A DNA stretch of 64,000 nt from Terriglobia bacterium (GCA_965198265.1 CBDAPB010000036.1:291435-355434), one strand, 5' to 3'. Positions 1 through 10,766 are shown, counted from the stretch's first letter. Program-made: numbers and translations. The notes: generated by a model not told the origin, from the letters alone.

Positions 1-475
1 CGCCGCCCGAGAGTTGAGAAGGGAAGTGGTCGATGCGATCTCCGAGGTCGACCCGCTCGAGGGCTTCCTCGGGAGTCAGCGGATCGTCCCCGATCTCGGT
101 CACCAGCGCGACGTTCTCCCGTGCTGTGAGGCTCGGGATCAGGTTGTAGAACTGAAACACGAAACCGACGTGACGGCGCCGATACCAGGTGAGCTCGTTT
201 TCATCTGCGGTTGTTAGATCGCGGCCGCGGTATATGACTGTCCCGGCGGTCGGTACGTCCAGCCCCCCCAGGATGTTCAGCAAGGTGGACTTGCCGCTGC
301 CCGACGGGCCAAGCAGCACGATGAACTCGGATTCGTAGAGAGAAAGGTCGATGCCGCGTAGTGCGTGCACCTCGACGTCCCCCATGGGGTAGACTTTCGT
401 GATGCCACGGGCTTCGAATACGACGTCAGCGGGTGTAACTCGGTCTCGATCGGCTGTTTCCGGTTGGAGGCTCAT
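1..475 (-). CDS. ABC transporter ATP-binding protein, MacB/LolD-like (N-terminal part; gene runs off the window start)
   Basis: Absent from the ORF track because it leaves the window. Hand translation of the minus strand from ATG 475-473 gives [86 protein letters not shown]. This shows Walker A, the Q-loop and the start of the signature. Confidence 0.85.
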   Translation of the reverse strand, partial: MSLQPETADRDRVTPADVVFEARGITKVYPMGDVEVHALRGIDLSLYESEFIVLLGPSGSGKSTLLNILGGLDVPTAGTVIYRGRDLTTADENELTWYRRRHVGFVFQFYNLIPSLTARENVALVTEIGDDPLTPEEALERVDLGDRIDHFPSQLSGG

Positions 476-487
476 CGGTGGCGGCCA

Positions 488-762
488 CTAGTGGCCTGTA
501 ACAGTGCTATCGGCACCATCGCCGATGGGTCTTGCGGGCGAGGTCGAGGAGGGAGACGGAAAGCGATGCTCATTCATCGGTGACGGTTTCCGACAAAGAG
601 ATCGCCCGCAACCCCCATCGGCCCGAAGGGTTCGGCCCAACGGCGCCGTCTTCGGTGTCGTAACGCCCTCGCAATGAAACAGCATTGGCTCGGGCGTCAC
701 TCCTAGAATCCGACGCCGTTCGGCCGAACGCTGGTACCGATAGCACTGTTACAGGTCACTAG
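488..762. repeat. 275-bp element bounded by 30-nt terminal inverted repeats (MITE-like or long-stem RNA)
   Basis: CTAGTGGCCTGTAACAGTGCTATCGGCACC (488-517) matches the reverse complement of 733-762 (CTAGTGACCTGTAACAGTGCTATCGGTACC) at 28/30. The interior is about 215 nt with several short GC hairpins and no convincing ORF. Confidence 0.55.
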
Positions 763-794
763 TACCAGTTTAGCAAGCAGGGTCCCGGCCCAAC

Positions 795-823
795 AAAAAA
801 CCCTCTCTTTCCGGAGAGGGTTT
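795..823 (-). terminator. Rho-independent terminator downstream of korB
   Basis: The stem is CCCTCTC (801-807) / GAGAGGG (814-820) with a 6-nt loop. The A-run at 795-800 is a U-run on the minus strand, about 45 nt 3' of the korB stop. Confidence 0.7.
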
Positions 824-869
824 CATGAATACCGTGCCGGTTGGGCTCGCGGTTTTTCCGAGAGCCGTC

Positions 870-1772
870 CTATAAGAGCTCGGCCACGAACTTCTCCGCG
901 ACCTTGGGGTCCACCTTCAGCGGCCGGTGAGGCAGCGACGTCCCTTCGCCCAGTACTGGTTCTTCCTGGTCCAGCGCCGGCAGGTCCGTCCGCTGGAAGA
1001 ACTTCCCGATCGGAATCTCGTCACCCCAGAGCAACGACCGTGTCATCGCTTCAGACCAGTCCGATGAGTCGTAGCTCTCGTCGTCTTCCAGTTTCTTCAC
1101 CCGCTCCCGGAACCAGGGATAGGTGTTGTCGTGGTTGTACGTCACGCAGGGACTGAAGACGTCGATGAACGCGAACCCCTTATGCTCGAACGCCTGCTTG
1201 ATCAGATCGATCAGATGTTTCTGCTGTCCACTGAATCCCCGTGCGACGAAAGTGGCTCCGCACGCCAGCGCCAGGGCGATCGGGTTGACGGGCTCCTCGA
1301 TGTTGCCGAAAGGCATACTCTTCGTCTTCATGCCGACTTGACTGGTCGGCGAGGTCTGACCCGTCGTCAGACCGTATATCTGATTGTCCATGACGATATA
1401 GACCAGGTCGACATTCCGCCGCATCGTATGGACGAAGTGGTTGCCTCCGATGCCGAACCCGTCTCCGTCACCTCCCGTGACGACCACCTGTAGATCAGGA
1501 TTCGACATCTTCACCCCCGTGGCGACGGCGAGGGCCCGACCATGCAGGGTGTGCATCCCATAGGTATCGACGTAGCCGGGCAGGTTCGAGGAGCAACCGA
1601 TGCCGCTGATGGTCACAACGTCATGAGGCTGGATCTGCAGTCCCACAAAGGCTTTCTGGACAGAGGTCAGAACGCCGAAATCGCCACATCCCGGACACCA
1701 GTCCGGATCGACAGGTCCCTTGAAATCCTTGATCGTCAGTTGGCCTTCAGGCTGTTGAATCGTAGTCGACAA
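870..1772 (-). CDS. korB: 2-oxoglutarate/2-oxoacid:ferredoxin oxidoreductase, beta (TPP-binding) subunit
   Basis: 300-aa ORF. It has the N-terminal WCPGCGDFG motif and the TPP-binding GGDGDGFGIGGNHFVH..MDNQIYGLTGGQ-like region (here LTTGQTSP). It sits directly downstream of the alpha subunit. Confidence 0.9.
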   Translation of the reverse strand: MSTTIQQPEGQLTIKDFKGPVDPDWCPGCGDFGVLTSVQKAFVGLQIQPHDVVTISGIGCSSNLPGYVDTYGMHTLHGRALAVATGVKMSNPDLQVVVTGGDGDGFGIGGNHFVHTMRRNVDLVYIVMDNQIYGLTTGQTSPTSQVGMKTKSMPFGNIEEPVNPIALALACGATFVARGFSGQQKHLIDLIKQAFEHKGFAFIDVFSPCVTYNHDNTYPWFRERVKKLEDDESYDSSDWSEAMTRSLLWGDEIPIGKFFQRTDLPALDQEEPVLGEGTSLPHRPLKVDPKVAEKFVAELL

Positions 1773-1782
1773 TTTCTCCTCC

Positions 1783-3561
1783 TCAAACGTTCATTTCGTG
1801 CATCGGCACTGACAGCGTAGTCTTGCCGGCCAGTTGTTCTTTGACACTTTCGACGATATGGTGCGGCATAAAGGGCTCACCATCGTACTTGCGGATGTGC
1901 CCGTCGGAGTCGTAGCCGGTTTCACTTCGCAGGTAGCGGGCGAACTGACCGCTGTAGTTGTTCTCGACGATGATCGTGTGCTTCTCCGCCTTGAGGATCT
2001 CGACGATCGCGGTGCCGTGCAGGGGCACGAGCCATCGAATCTGAAGGTGGTTGGCAGAAATACCGTTCTCGTTCAGCATCTGGGCTGCTTCCTGGATGAC
2101 ACCCTTGGTGGAGCCCCATCCGACCAACGTCACCTCCGCCCCGGGATCCCCCATCAATTCCGGCGGAGGAACCGCGGCTTCGATTCCCTCCACTTTCTTC
2201 TGCCGCTTTTCCATCATCGCCCGTCGTTTGCCGGGGTTCGTGAACTCGTCGCTGATCAGAACGCCGTCTTCGTCGTGTTCGTCGGTTGAAGCGGTATGCG
2301 TGTGGTGAGGCACACCCGGAATCGCTCGGGGAGACACCCCGCTTTCGGTGATTTCGTAGCGTTTGTAGCCGTTGGCTCCGTTGCTGGAAGTGATGAGTTC
2401 TCCCCGATCGATTTCGACATCGAAGTCGAGATCCTCTGGGTTCACACTGCCAGTTCCTTCCGACAGGAGAAGATCGTTCAGGACGATTCCGGGACACTGG
2501 AACCGATCGGTCAGGTTGAACAGCTCCGGCAGAACCTTGAAACAGTCGAGAATCTCGGTCGGAGCCACGATCGCCCGGGGGTAGTCGCCATGACCGGCCC
2601 CGAGCATCTGCCAGAGGTCGCCCTGCTCGGTTTTCGTCGGAACTCCCGTCGACGGGCCCGCGCGCTGCACGTTGATAACGACGACCGGTGTCTCCATCAT
2701 CGCCGACATGCCGAGCCCTTCCGTCATCAGGGCGAATCCTCCACCGGAAGTTGCGCACATCGCTCGGACTCCCGTATGGGCCGCACCGATCGCCATGTTG
2801 ATGACACCGATCTCGTCTTCGACCTGACGCACCATGATTCCGGCATCACGGGCGTGTCCCGCCATCCAGTGCAGGACCCCGGTCGCGGGGCTCATCGGAT
2901 ACGCACAGTAGAATTTGACGCCGGCCGCGGCGCCTCCCATTCCCAATGCCATGTTCCCTGTCAGCATGGCCTTCGGCTCGTCGGTCATCGGCAGGGGCTC
3001 GTCAAAACCCTTGAAGTTCGCCGTTGCGTGGTCATAACCCGCCCGCGCGACCTTGACGTTCTCGTCGACGACAGCCTCGCCTTTCCGTTTGAATTGAGCC
3101 GTGAGGGCGTCTTCGAGTGCTTGAAAACCAACACCCATCATGCTCAGCGCCGCACCGAGCGCGAGCGTGTTCTGAGCGACCTTGTTTCGGGTGATGTCAG
3201 CCAGTTCCCCGACCGGCAGGGCGCAGAGTTGCACGCCGTCGGCCGCTCCGTCCGGCTGGATCGACTCTCCGTTGTAGATGACGGCCGTGCCCGGGCCCAT
3301 CTGCTCGAGATGGCGGTTCATCGTGTCCTGATTGAGAGGGATCAGCAGATCGATCTTATCGCCCATGCTGGTTACGGGATCGACACCTGTTCGTATGGTC
3401 AGCAGCGTGTGACCGCCCCGGATGATCGACTGATAGGCGTTGTATGCATTCAGGTGCAGCCCTCGGCGAACGAAGATCCGTGCGAATATGTTTCCAGGGG
3501 TGGCAACACCCTGTCCTGCAGCCCCACCAATAGCGACTGCGAAAGTCCGATTCATTCCCAA
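1783..3561 (-). CDS. korA: 2-oxoglutarate/2-oxoacid:ferredoxin oxidoreductase, alpha subunit
   Basis: 592-aa ORF with the typical alpha/gamma fusion architecture (N-terminal IGGAAGQGV.., central YPMSPATG..). AGGAGG lies upstream of the ATG at 3561. It is 10 nt from korB. Confidence 0.9.
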   Translation of the reverse strand: MGMNRTFAVAIGGAAGQGVATPGNIFARIFVRRGLHLNAYNAYQSIIRGGHTLLTIRTGVDPVTSMGDKIDLLIPLNQDTMNRHLEQMGPGTAVIYNGESIQPDGAADGVQLCALPVGELADITRNKVAQNTLALGAALSMMGVGFQALEDALTAQFKRKGEAVVDENVKVARAGYDHATANFKGFDEPLPMTDEPKAMLTGNMALGMGGAAAGVKFYCAYPMSPATGVLHWMAGHARDAGIMVRQVEDEIGVINMAIGAAHTGVRAMCATSGGGFALMTEGLGMSAMMETPVVVINVQRAGPSTGVPTKTEQGDLWQMLGAGHGDYPRAIVAPTEILDCFKVLPELFNLTDRFQCPGIVLNDLLLSEGTGSVNPEDLDFDVEIDRGELITSSNGANGYKRYEITESGVSPRAIPGVPHHTHTASTDEHDEDGVLISDEFTNPGKRRAMMEKRQKKVEGIEAAVPPPELMGDPGAEVTLVGWGSTKGVIQEAAQMLNENGISANHLQIRWLVPLHGTAIVEILKAEKHTIIVENNYSGQFARYLRSETGYDSDGHIRKYDGEPFMPHHIVESVKEQLAGKTTLSVPMHEMNV

Positions 3562-3888
3562 AACCTCCTGACAGCTTTTCTTAGCGGTTCTTCGCCTATG
3601 ATTTCAACGCTGGTCCCGACACACCGGTCGAGAGAACAACGCGCCTACAAAGCTTTCAACTGTGGTTCTACCGGTAGCGTCGGAGATGGTCGCAAGAACG
3701 CGATGCGTGATGCCGGCCAAACACTTGTTGAGCAAAGACACTTAGTCTAGTCGCAGATGCCTGTCACGGGCAAGGGTTTTCGCTGACGCTGGGAGCCGAA
3801 GCCCTGTGTTTCCAGAAGGTTGGCGTCAAGAGCGCTCCTCGAGCAACCAACACCACATGGCACGATCAACCTCGGCGCCGCGAAGTCA

Positions 3889-6327
3889 CTACAGCGCCAG
3901 CTTTCGGAGGCGAAGCGCATTCGAGATCACAGAGACCGAACTGAACGTCATTGCGGCGCTCGCGATGATGGGACTCAGGAGTATCCCAAAGACGGGATAG
4001 AGAACCCCGGCGGCAACCGGCACGCCGATCGAGTTGTACACAAACGCGAAGAACAGATTCTGGCGGATGTTCCGCATCGTACCGCGACTCAGCCGTCGCG
4101 CCCGAACGATGCCTCTGAGGTCCCCTTTGACAAGGGTGATGCCGGCACTCTCGATTGCAACGTCCGTCCCGTCGCCCATGGCGATTCCGACGTGGGCGGC
4201 AGCCAGCGCAGGTGCATCGTTGATGCCGTCTCCGGCCATCGCTACGATCCGGCCCGCCAGTTGGAGCTCCTGGATCGTCTCGTGCTTCGCATCGGGCAGG
4301 ACCTCGGCGCGAACGTCATCGATTCCGAGCCGCCGCCCGACAGCTTCGGCCGTCGGGCGGCTGTCTCCGGTCAACATCACGATCCCGATGCCTTCGATCC
4401 GGAGCAACTGGATCGCTTCCGGCGTCGACTCTTTGATGGGGTCGGATACGCCGATCAGACCGGCCGGCCGATCATCGACCCCAAGCAGGACAACAGTATC
4501 CCCTTCCCTCCGCAGCCTTTCAGCCTCTTCGAGTAGCGGTAATGGATCGATCTCGCGCTGCTGGAAGAGCTTCTGGTTGCCCAGTACGACCTTGTGTCCG
4601 CCGACGGCACCGATCACGCCTTTGCCCGGGACTGCGCGAAACTTTTCCGCTGAGGTGAAGGCTATCCCCCGTTGATGGGCCCCGTCGACGATTGCCGCGG
4701 CGAGTGGGTGTTCGCTACCGGCTTCGATTCCAGCCGCCGCCCGCAACACCTCCGACTCCGACCAGCCTGGAAGCGCGATCACCCTCGTCAGGCGAGGCTT
4801 GCCCTCCGTCAGGGTGCCTGTCTTGTCCACCACCAGCGTGTCCACCTTCTCGAGCACTTCCAGCATTTCGGCGCTCTTGATCAGGACCCCTGCAGTGGCC
4901 CCGCGCCCGGTTCCCACCATGATCGACATCGGTGTGGCGAGCCCTAGAGCGCACGGACAGGCGATGATCAACACCGCTATTGCGTTGAGCAGAGCGAACG
5001 CCATCCGCGGCTCCGGACCGATCGTCGCCCAGACGGCGAAGCTGGCCGCCGACACCATCACCACTGCGGGTACAAAGTAGGAAGCGACGGCATCCGCCAG
5101 CCGCTGGATCGGTGCACGGCTGCGCTGGGCTTCGCCGACCATCCGTACGATCCTGGCCAGGACGGTCTCGCTTCCGACGTGTTCGGCGACCATGACGAGA
5201 GTCCCCGTTCCGTTCACCGTGCCTCCCGTCACTCGGTCGCCCGAAGCCTTCCCCACTGGGAACGACTCGCCCGTGATCATCGATTCGTCGATCGAACTGG
5301 ATCCTTCCTCGACCCGTCCGTCGACCGGGACTTTTTCTCCGGGACGAACTCGCAGCCGGTCACCCTCCCGGACCTCCGCAAGGGGGACGTCCTCTTCGAG
5401 GGGGACGTCCTCTTCCAGCCCGCCCTCTGAGATCCGCCGCGCCTGGGCCGGGGCCAGCGAGAGCAATGCCCGGATCGCGTTGCTGGTTCGGCTCCGGGCG
5501 CGGAGTTCCAGCACCTGTCCCAGGAGAACCAGTACGACGATTGCCGCCGCCGCCTCGAAATACACGGCGACAGCTCCCCCGGCGCCACGGAAGGAGTCGG
5601 GAAAGAGATCGGGTGCGACGGTGGCCGAGACGCTATAGACGTAAGCCACACCTGTTCCGATGCCGATTAAGGTGAACATGTTCAGGTTGCGACTCACAAC
5701 TGACGTCCAGGCGCGCTCGAAGAACGGAAAGCCACACCAGGCGACGACGGGAGTCGCGAGCGCGAGCTGTATCCAGTTCAAATTCCTTGCTCCGAGAACC
5801 CCCTCCAACGGAGAGCCGGGAATCATGTGCCCCATCGCCAGGGCCAGCAGCGGGATCGTGAAGACCAGGCCCACCCTGAAGCGGCGAGTCATCATTTCCA
5901 GTTCCGGGTTCGCTTCCTCCACGGCGATGCTGGCTGGCTCAAGAGCCATCCCACACTTCGGACAAGTTCCGGCCTCGTCCCGCTCGACCTCGGGATGCAT
6001 GGGGCACGTGTACACGGTCCGGAGGCGGCCCGCGTCTATTTCAAGCGGCTCCAGAGCCATGCCGCACTTCGGACATGCACCGGGACCCCGCTGCCGCACC
6101 TCGGGGTCCATCGGGCAGGTGTAGGTTTCGGATGGATCGGCCGGCCGAGACGGTTGAGACTCGTCCGTTGTCTTGGTCAGGAATTTTTCGGGATCGTCGC
6201 TGAACTTTTCGAGGCAGTGGGCGGAGCAGAAGTAATAGGTCTCGCCGAGATGCGCATGCTTTCCGGTCGCCGCATCTTCGGCGACATCCATTCCGCAGAC
6301 AGGGTCTTTGTGGAGGGTCGAACTCAT
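3889..6327 (-). CDS. copA: Copper-translocating P1B-type ATPase
   Basis: 812 aa. It carries the DKTGTLT phosphorylation site, CPC in [17 protein letters not shown] (ITGESFPV) and GDGINDAP. The N-terminus has a TRASH/YHS-like CGM..C..HC domain and two [19 protein letters not shown] repeats. Confidence 0.92.
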   Translation of the reverse strand: MSSTLHKDPVCGMDVAEDAATGKHAHLGETYYFCSAHCLEKFSDDPEKFLTKTTDESQPSRPADPSETYTCPMDPEVRQRGPGACPKCGMALEPLEIDAGRLRTVYTCPMHPEVERDEAGTCPKCGMALEPASIAVEEANPELEMMTRRFRVGLVFTIPLLALAMGHMIPGSPLEGVLGARNLNWIQLALATPVVAWCGFPFFERAWTSVVSRNLNMFTLIGIGTGVAYVYSVSATVAPDLFPDSFRGAGGAVAVYFEAAAAIVVLVLLGQVLELRARSRTSNAIRALLSLAPAQARRISEGGLEEDVPLEEDVPLAEVREGDRLRVRPGEKVPVDGRVEEGSSSIDESMITGESFPVGKASGDRVTGGTVNGTGTLVMVAEHVGSETVLARIVRMVGEAQRSRAPIQRLADAVASYFVPAVVMVSAASFAVWATIGPEPRMAFALLNAIAVLIIACPCALGLATPMSIMVGTGRGATAGVLIKSAEMLEVLEKVDTLVVDKTGTLTEGKPRLTRVIALPGWSESEVLRAAAGIEAGSEHPLAAAIVDGAHQRGIAFTSAEKFRAVPGKGVIGAVGGHKVVLGNQKLFQQREIDPLPLLEEAERLRREGDTVVLLGVDDRPAGLIGVSDPIKESTPEAIQLLRIEGIGIVMLTGDSRPTAEAVGRRLGIDDVRAEVLPDAKHETIQELQLAGRIVAMAGDGINDAPALAAAHVGIAMGDGTDVAIESAGITLVKGDLRGIVRARRLSRGTMRNIRQNLFFAFVYNSIGVPVAAGVLYPVFGILLSPIIASAAMTFSSVSVISNALRLRKLAL

Positions 6328-6413
6328 TACGGTCAGTGTACAACGTAGCGAAGAGCCTCGGTTGCCAGTTGCGATCGCTTACTCGAAATGACCCGCGAGA
6401 GAGTCACTGTGAG

Positions 6414-6466
6414 GGGGACAGGGGCCTGGCCCTGTCCCCGGGCGTTGGCTATGCAGAAAAGCTGGA
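6414..6466. repeat. Palindromic repeat family C, copy 1 (GGGGACAGGGGC..GCCCTGTCCCC hairpin plus conserved tail)
   Basis: GGGGACAGGGGCCTGGCCCTGTCCCC followed by GGGCGTTGGCTATGCAGAAAAGCTGG. A second copy at 25643-25694 shares the hairpin and about 19/26 of the tail. Confidence 0.7.
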
Positions 6467-6578
6467 ATAAGGTTGCTTCGTACCGCTTTGCCCGACCGTA
6501 GGATTGTTCGGATTTTTTTGGTCAACACCACCCCGACGCTTCGCGCCACCCCTCCTCATCTGAGGAGGGGAGTCTGGG

Positions 6579-6717
6579 TAGTAGCCAGTAACCAGTAGCT
6601 ACCAGTAGCCAGTAGTCAGTTGAAGAAAAAAGCCCGGGCACATCGTGCCTGGGCTTTTTCTTCTTCACTCTTACAACTGACTACTTATAACTGACTACTG
6701 ACTACTGCCGCCTACTG
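6579..6717. repeat. Inverted arrays of degenerate 7-nt repeats (CCAGTAG / CTACTGN) flanking the ccp terminator
   Basis: The left array (6579-6622) is GTAGTAG CCAGTAA CCAGTAG CTACCAG TAGCCAG TAGTCAG. It is roughly the reverse complement of the right array (6674-6717), AACTGAC TACTTAT AACTGAC TACTGAC TACTGCC. The ccp stop codon lies in the right array. Confidence 0.75.
6625..6659 (-). terminator. Rho-independent (bidirectional-looking) terminator downstream of ccp
   Basis: AAAAAAGCCCGGGCA CATCG TGCCTGGGCTTTTT: a 10-bp GC stem with an A-run and a T-run on either side. Confidence 0.8.
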
Positions 6718-7773
6718 CTCTGCCTGCGGCAGGGCAGTGGGCGGCTCCACCTGCCATCCTTCGCCGTTGAGCGACCGCATGAACTCGAGCAGGTCGGCTT
6801 TTTCCGCGTCGGTCAGTTCCAGCTCTTTCATCTCCGGGTCGAGACTCGCGTTCGGGATACCGCCATCATCATAGAAGTCGATAACTTCCTCCAGCGTCCA
6901 GAACCGGCCATCGTGCATGTAGGGGCGTGTGTAGGCCAGGTCGCGAAGCGTGGGAGTCTTGAACCGTCCGCGGTCCTCCTCAGCTTCCGTCACCATATAG
7001 CGTCCGAGATCCACATTCTCCATATCCATCCCCACCCCGATGTTGTGGTACTGGTTGTCGGTGAGGTTGAATCCGGCGTGACACTTCAGGCAGTTGGCCT
7101 TTTCCTGGAACAGTGTCCAGCCGCGCTGTGCGGATTCCGAGAGCGCGCTCTCTTCTCCCTTCATGAACCTGTCCCACGGCGAGTTGCCTGAGATGATGGT
7201 CCGCTCGAAGGCGGCGATCGCTTTTCCGAGATTGTCGATCGTGATGTCGGGCGAGCCGAATATCGCTTCGAACTGCTGTCGGTATCCCAGTATGCCGTTC
7301 AGCGTTGCCTCTGCGTCCCGATGTGTGTTGGCCATTTCGATCGGGTTGGCGATTGGTCCGACGGCTTGTTCTTCGAGGTCCCTGGCGCGTCCATCCCAGA
7401 ACACGCCCAACTGCGCGTAGGCCAGGTTGATCACGGTCGGCGCGCTCCGGCCACCTTCCTGCGCCAGGACGCCCATGCTGACGGGTCGGCCGTCGGTGAA
7501 CCCCATGACTGGGTTGTGACACGTCGCGCAACTCACAGTCCCGTCCGATGACAGTCGCGGGTCGAAAAAGAGTTGCTTGCCAAGCTCGACCTTCGCGAGC
7601 GTCATCGGATTGTCTTCAGGGACCGGTGGTGGGGCGTCTATTCCCAGCGGCAGCTCGATTTCCATCGGGTCGTGTGCTCCGGGAGGGAACTGGTACGCGG
7701 TGTCGGGAGCCTGCGGCTGACAAGCGATCGCCATCAGCCCGAGTACGCTCAGCGTGATCAATGTCTTCGACAC
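6712..7773 (-). CDS. Di-haem cytochrome c peroxidase (CCP/MauG family), lipoprotein signal
   Basis: 353 aa. It has two CxxCH haem motifs (CATCH, CLKCH), conserved FxDxRLS and GRFKTPTLRD, and an N-terminal LGLMAIAC lipobox. Confidence 0.9.
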   Translation of the reverse strand: MSKTLITLSVLGLMAIACQPQAPDTAYQFPPGAHDPMEIELPLGIDAPPPVPEDNPMTLAKVELGKQLFFDPRLSSDGTVSCATCHNPVMGFTDGRPVSMGVLAQEGGRSAPTVINLAYAQLGVFWDGRARDLEEQAVGPIANPIEMANTHRDAEATLNGILGYRQQFEAIFGSPDITIDNLGKAIAAFERTIISGNSPWDRFMKGEESALSESAQRGWTLFQEKANCLKCHAGFNLTDNQYHNIGVGMDMENVDLGRYMVTEAEEDRGRFKTPTLRDLAYTRPYMHDGRFWTLEEVIDFYDDGGIPNASLDPEMKELELTDAEKADLLEFMRSLNGEGWQVEPPTALPQAEQ

Positions 7774-7852
7774 AGGAACCTCCTTACAAACATCATGCCG
7801 AGGTCGATCGAGGAATCGACCCTCCGTTACAGGCCACTAGAGCCACCCCGTC

Positions 7853-10624
7853 TCACTTGGAACTCATCTGTCGCAGAACGTACTGCAGAATCCCACCATG
7901 CCTGTAATACTCGATCTCGACGGGCGTGTCCAGCCGAGCCAGCACTTCGAAGCTCTTTTCCTGACCGGATTCGTCTCTTGCCCGGACCTGCAGCTTCTGA
8001 CGGGGTTCGATTCCCCCGCCGATGCCTTCGATATCGAACGTTTCATAGCCGCGCAACCCCAGGCTCGATCTTCCTTCGCCGTCGGCGAACTCGAGCGGCA
8101 GGACGCCCATGCCGATCAAGTTGCTCCGGTGGATCCGCTCGAAACTCTGAGCCAGAACCGCCCGCACACCCAGCAGACGGGTTCCTTTGGCGGCCCAGTC
8201 GCGCGACGATCCAGTGCCGTATTCCTTCCCGGCCACGACGATGAGCGGGGTTCCCTCTTCCTGGTAACGCATCGCCGCGTCGTAGATCGTCATCTGATCC
8301 CCATCGGGCACGTGCAGAGTCCAACCGCCTTCAGTCCCCGGTGCCATCTGGTTTCGGAGTCGGATGTTCCCAAAGGTGCCGCGCATCATCACTTCATGAT
8401 TGCCGCGCCGGGCCCCGAAGGAGTTGAAGTTCGCCGGCTCAACCCCGTTTTCCTGAAGGTACTGACCGGCGGGGCCGTCGGCCGGTATCGCCCCTGCGGG
8501 GGAAATGTGATCGGTCGTGACCGAGTCGCCGAGCACCGCCAGGACCCGAGCTCCGCGGATATCCTCCACATCCGGCGCTTCGCGCGGCATGTCCTCGAAG
8601 AACGGTGGTTTCTTGACGTATGTGGATTCCGGATCCCAGCCGTAGATGTCGCCGGTCGGCACGCTCAGCTGGTTCCAGCGCTCATCGCCCTGGAGCGACT
8701 CTTCGTAGGCCTTCCGGAACATCTGCGGCTCGAGCGTGGAGGCGATCGCGCTTTGAATCTCCTCCTGATCGGGCCAGATGTCCTTCAGAAAGACCGGTTC
8801 GCCATCCGAGCCGGTTCCCAGAGGTTCGCTGATCAGGTCCACGTCCATGTTTCCCGCGATCGCGTAGGCGACCACCAGCGGCGGCGACGCCAGGTAGTTC
8901 GCCCGAACGAGAGGATTCACCCGGCCCTCGAAATTGCGGTTTCCACTCAGGACGGAAGTTGCCACCAGACCGCTGCCTTGAATGCCTGCGGCGATCGGGC
9001 CCGGCAGGGGTCCGCTGTTGCCGATACAGGTCGTGCAACCGTATCCGACGAGGTGGAATTTCAACGCCTCCAGATCCTCGAGCAGTCCCGTTTCTCTGAG
9101 ATAGTCCGTCACCACTCTGGATCCCGGAGCGAGGCTGGTCTTCACCCACGGTTGGACGTTGAGGCCCCGCTGAACAGCCTTGCGCGCCAGGAGCCCAGCG
9201 GCGATCATGACGGAAGGGTTTGAGGTATTCGTACAGCTCGTGATCGCTGCGATCACGACGGACCCGTGACCGATCGAGAACTCCTCCGAATCGATCTTTA
9301 CGGGCACCGCCTTGACCAGGGGCGCCAGTTCATCGTCTCCGGAAACCGCATTCGAGGATGCCGCGGGCGCGGAACCCGAATCGATCCAGTCCTGCACCTT
9401 ACCCCGATTGCCGTTACCGCCGCCGTTCAGCATCGACGCCAGTACTCTCCGAAAGTCCTTCTTGGACCGGCTCAACGGAATTCGATCCTGGGGTCTCTTG
9501 GGCCCGGCGATTGACGGTTCGACAGTCGAGAGGTCCAGATCCAGCGAATCCCGGAACACGGGTTCCGGCGTTTCCGGGGTGCGGAAGAGACCCTGCGCCT
9601 TCGAGTAGGCATCCACGAGCGCGATCCCGGCGGGATCCCGCCCGGTGAGCTTCATGTAGCTGAGCGTCTCGTCGTCCACCGGGAAGAAACCGATCGTTGC
9701 GCCGTACTCGGGAGCCATGTTCGATATGGTCGCTCGGTCGGCCAGCGACAGGTGTTCGATTCCCGGACCGAAGAACTCGACAAACTTGCCCACGACTCCT
9801 TTCGCGCGAAGCATCTCGACAACTCGGAGGACGGCGTCGGTCGCCGTCGAACCTTCCGGCAGCCGGCCGTTCAACCTGAAGCCAACGACCTCGGGGATCA
9901 GCATCGACAGCGGCTGACCGAGCATCGCACCTTCCGCTTCGATTCCCCCGACCCCCCAGCCGACCACACCAATTCCGTTGATCATGGTGGTGTGGGAGTC
10001 GGTTCCGACCAGTGTGTCCGGGTATGCCACGGGCGGGGAGCCCCCTCCGTCTCGGAATACGACGTGGGCCAGGTGCTCGAGGTTGACCTGGTGCACGATT
10101 CCCGTATCGGGAGGCACGACCCTGAAATTGTCGAACGCTTTCTGCCCCCACTTGAGGAACAGGTACCGCTCCCGGTTTCGCTCCAGCTCGCGTTCGGCGT
10201 TGAAATCGAACGCCCCCGCGGTGCCGAAGCGATCCACCTGCACCGAATGATCGATCACCAGATCGACGGGTTGGAGCGGGTTGATGCGTTCCGGATCGCC
10301 TCCCAGATCGCGGATCATGTCCCTCATCGTGGCGAGGTCGACCACGGCTGGCACCCCGGTGAAGTCCTGCATGAGAACCCGGGCCGGTCGGAATGCGATC
10401 TCGCGTTCGCGACGTTCTCCGACCACGGATTCTGCCACAGCGCGCACATCGTCGGACGATACAGACTCCCCGTCTTCATGACGCAGGAGGTTTTCGATCA
10501 TGATCTTCAGTGAAAAGGGAAGGCGGGACACGTCAACACCGGATTTCTCCAGAGCTTCCAGCGAGTAAAAGCGGAGCGACTCCTCGCCCAGTTGCAGTGT
10601 CGAGCGGGCTTCGAAACTGTTCAT
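7853..10624 (-). CDS. acnA: Aconitate hydratase A
   Basis: 923 aa, full-length AcnA/IRP-type. The Fe-S ligand region is [20 protein letters not shown] and the C-terminal swivel domain is present. Confidence 0.95.
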   Translation of the reverse strand: MNSFEARSTLQLGEESLRFYSLEALEKSGVDVSRLPFSLKIMIENLLRHEDGESVSSDDVRAVAESVVGERREREIAFRPARVLMQDFTGVPAVVDLATMRDMIRDLGGDPERINPLQPVDLVIDHSVQVDRFGTAGAFDFNAERELERNRERYLFLKWGQKAFDNFRVVPPDTGIVHQVNLEHLAHVVFRDGGGSPPVAYPDTLVGTDSHTTMINGIGVVGWGVGGIEAEGAMLGQPLSMLIPEVVGFRLNGRLPEGSTATDAVLRVVEMLRAKGVVGKFVEFFGPGIEHLSLADRATISNMAPEYGATIGFFPVDDETLSYMKLTGRDPAGIALVDAYSKAQGLFRTPETPEPVFRDSLDLDLSTVEPSIAGPKRPQDRIPLSRSKKDFRRVLASMLNGGGNGNRGKVQDWIDSGSAPAASSNAVSGDDELAPLVKAVPVKIDSEEFSIGHGSVVIAAITSCTNTSNPSVMIAAGLLARKAVQRGLNVQPWVKTSLAPGSRVVTDYLRETGLLEDLEALKFHLVGYGCTTCIGNSGPLPGPIAAGIQGSGLVATSVLSGNRNFEGRVNPLVRANYLASPPLVVAYAIAGNMDVDLISEPLGTGSDGEPVFLKDIWPDQEEIQSAIASTLEPQMFRKAYEESLQGDERWNQLSVPTGDIYGWDPESTYVKKPPFFEDMPREAPDVEDIRGARVLAVLGDSVTTDHISPAGAIPADGPAGQYLQENGVEPANFNSFGARRGNHEVMMRGTFGNIRLRNQMAPGTEGGWTLHVPDGDQMTIYDAAMRYQEEGTPLIVVAGKEYGTGSSRDWAAKGTRLLGVRAVLAQSFERIHRSNLIGMGVLPLEFADGEGRSSLGLRGYETFDIEGIGGGIEPRQKLQVRARDESGQEKSFEVLARLDTPVEIEYYRHGGILQYVLRQMSSK

Positions 10625-10722
10625 AGTCGTGATTCTCTCCCCTGATTGACTGCGTGCGGGATACCCCGGAGGGGCGGATCGGCTTTAACCACTCATTATA
10701 GTAGGCTCTTCCAGAAACTTAG

Positions 10723-10764
10723 TGGGTCCAATTGCAGATCGCGATATTGAGTAGTCCGCATTGC
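10723..10764. repeat. Repeat family B, truncated copy (left end only)
   Basis: TGGGTCCAATTGCAGATCGCGATATTGAGTAGTCCGCATTGC matches the first ~42 nt of the copies at 18841 and at 54699 (reverse complement). It abuts the stop of the next gene. Confidence 0.6.
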
Positions 10765-10766
10765 TT

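Noticed and set aside
768-779. Shared 12-mer GTTTAGCAAGCA at 768-779 and 17661-17672 (HU promoter region), as a regulatory motif.
   Set aside because: Hundreds of 12-nt coincidences are expected in a window of this size, and there is no further similarity around the match.
7826-7840. Solo copies of the inverted-repeat tip of the 488-762 element: GTTACAGGCCACTAG at 7826-7840 and the palindrome CTAGTGAC AG GTCACTAG at 35463-35480, both at gene 3' ends.
   Set aside because: The matches are only 12-15 nt. Several such matches are expected by chance among all word pairs in a 64-kb window on both strands. They are worth rechecking only if a genome-wide search shows enrichment.
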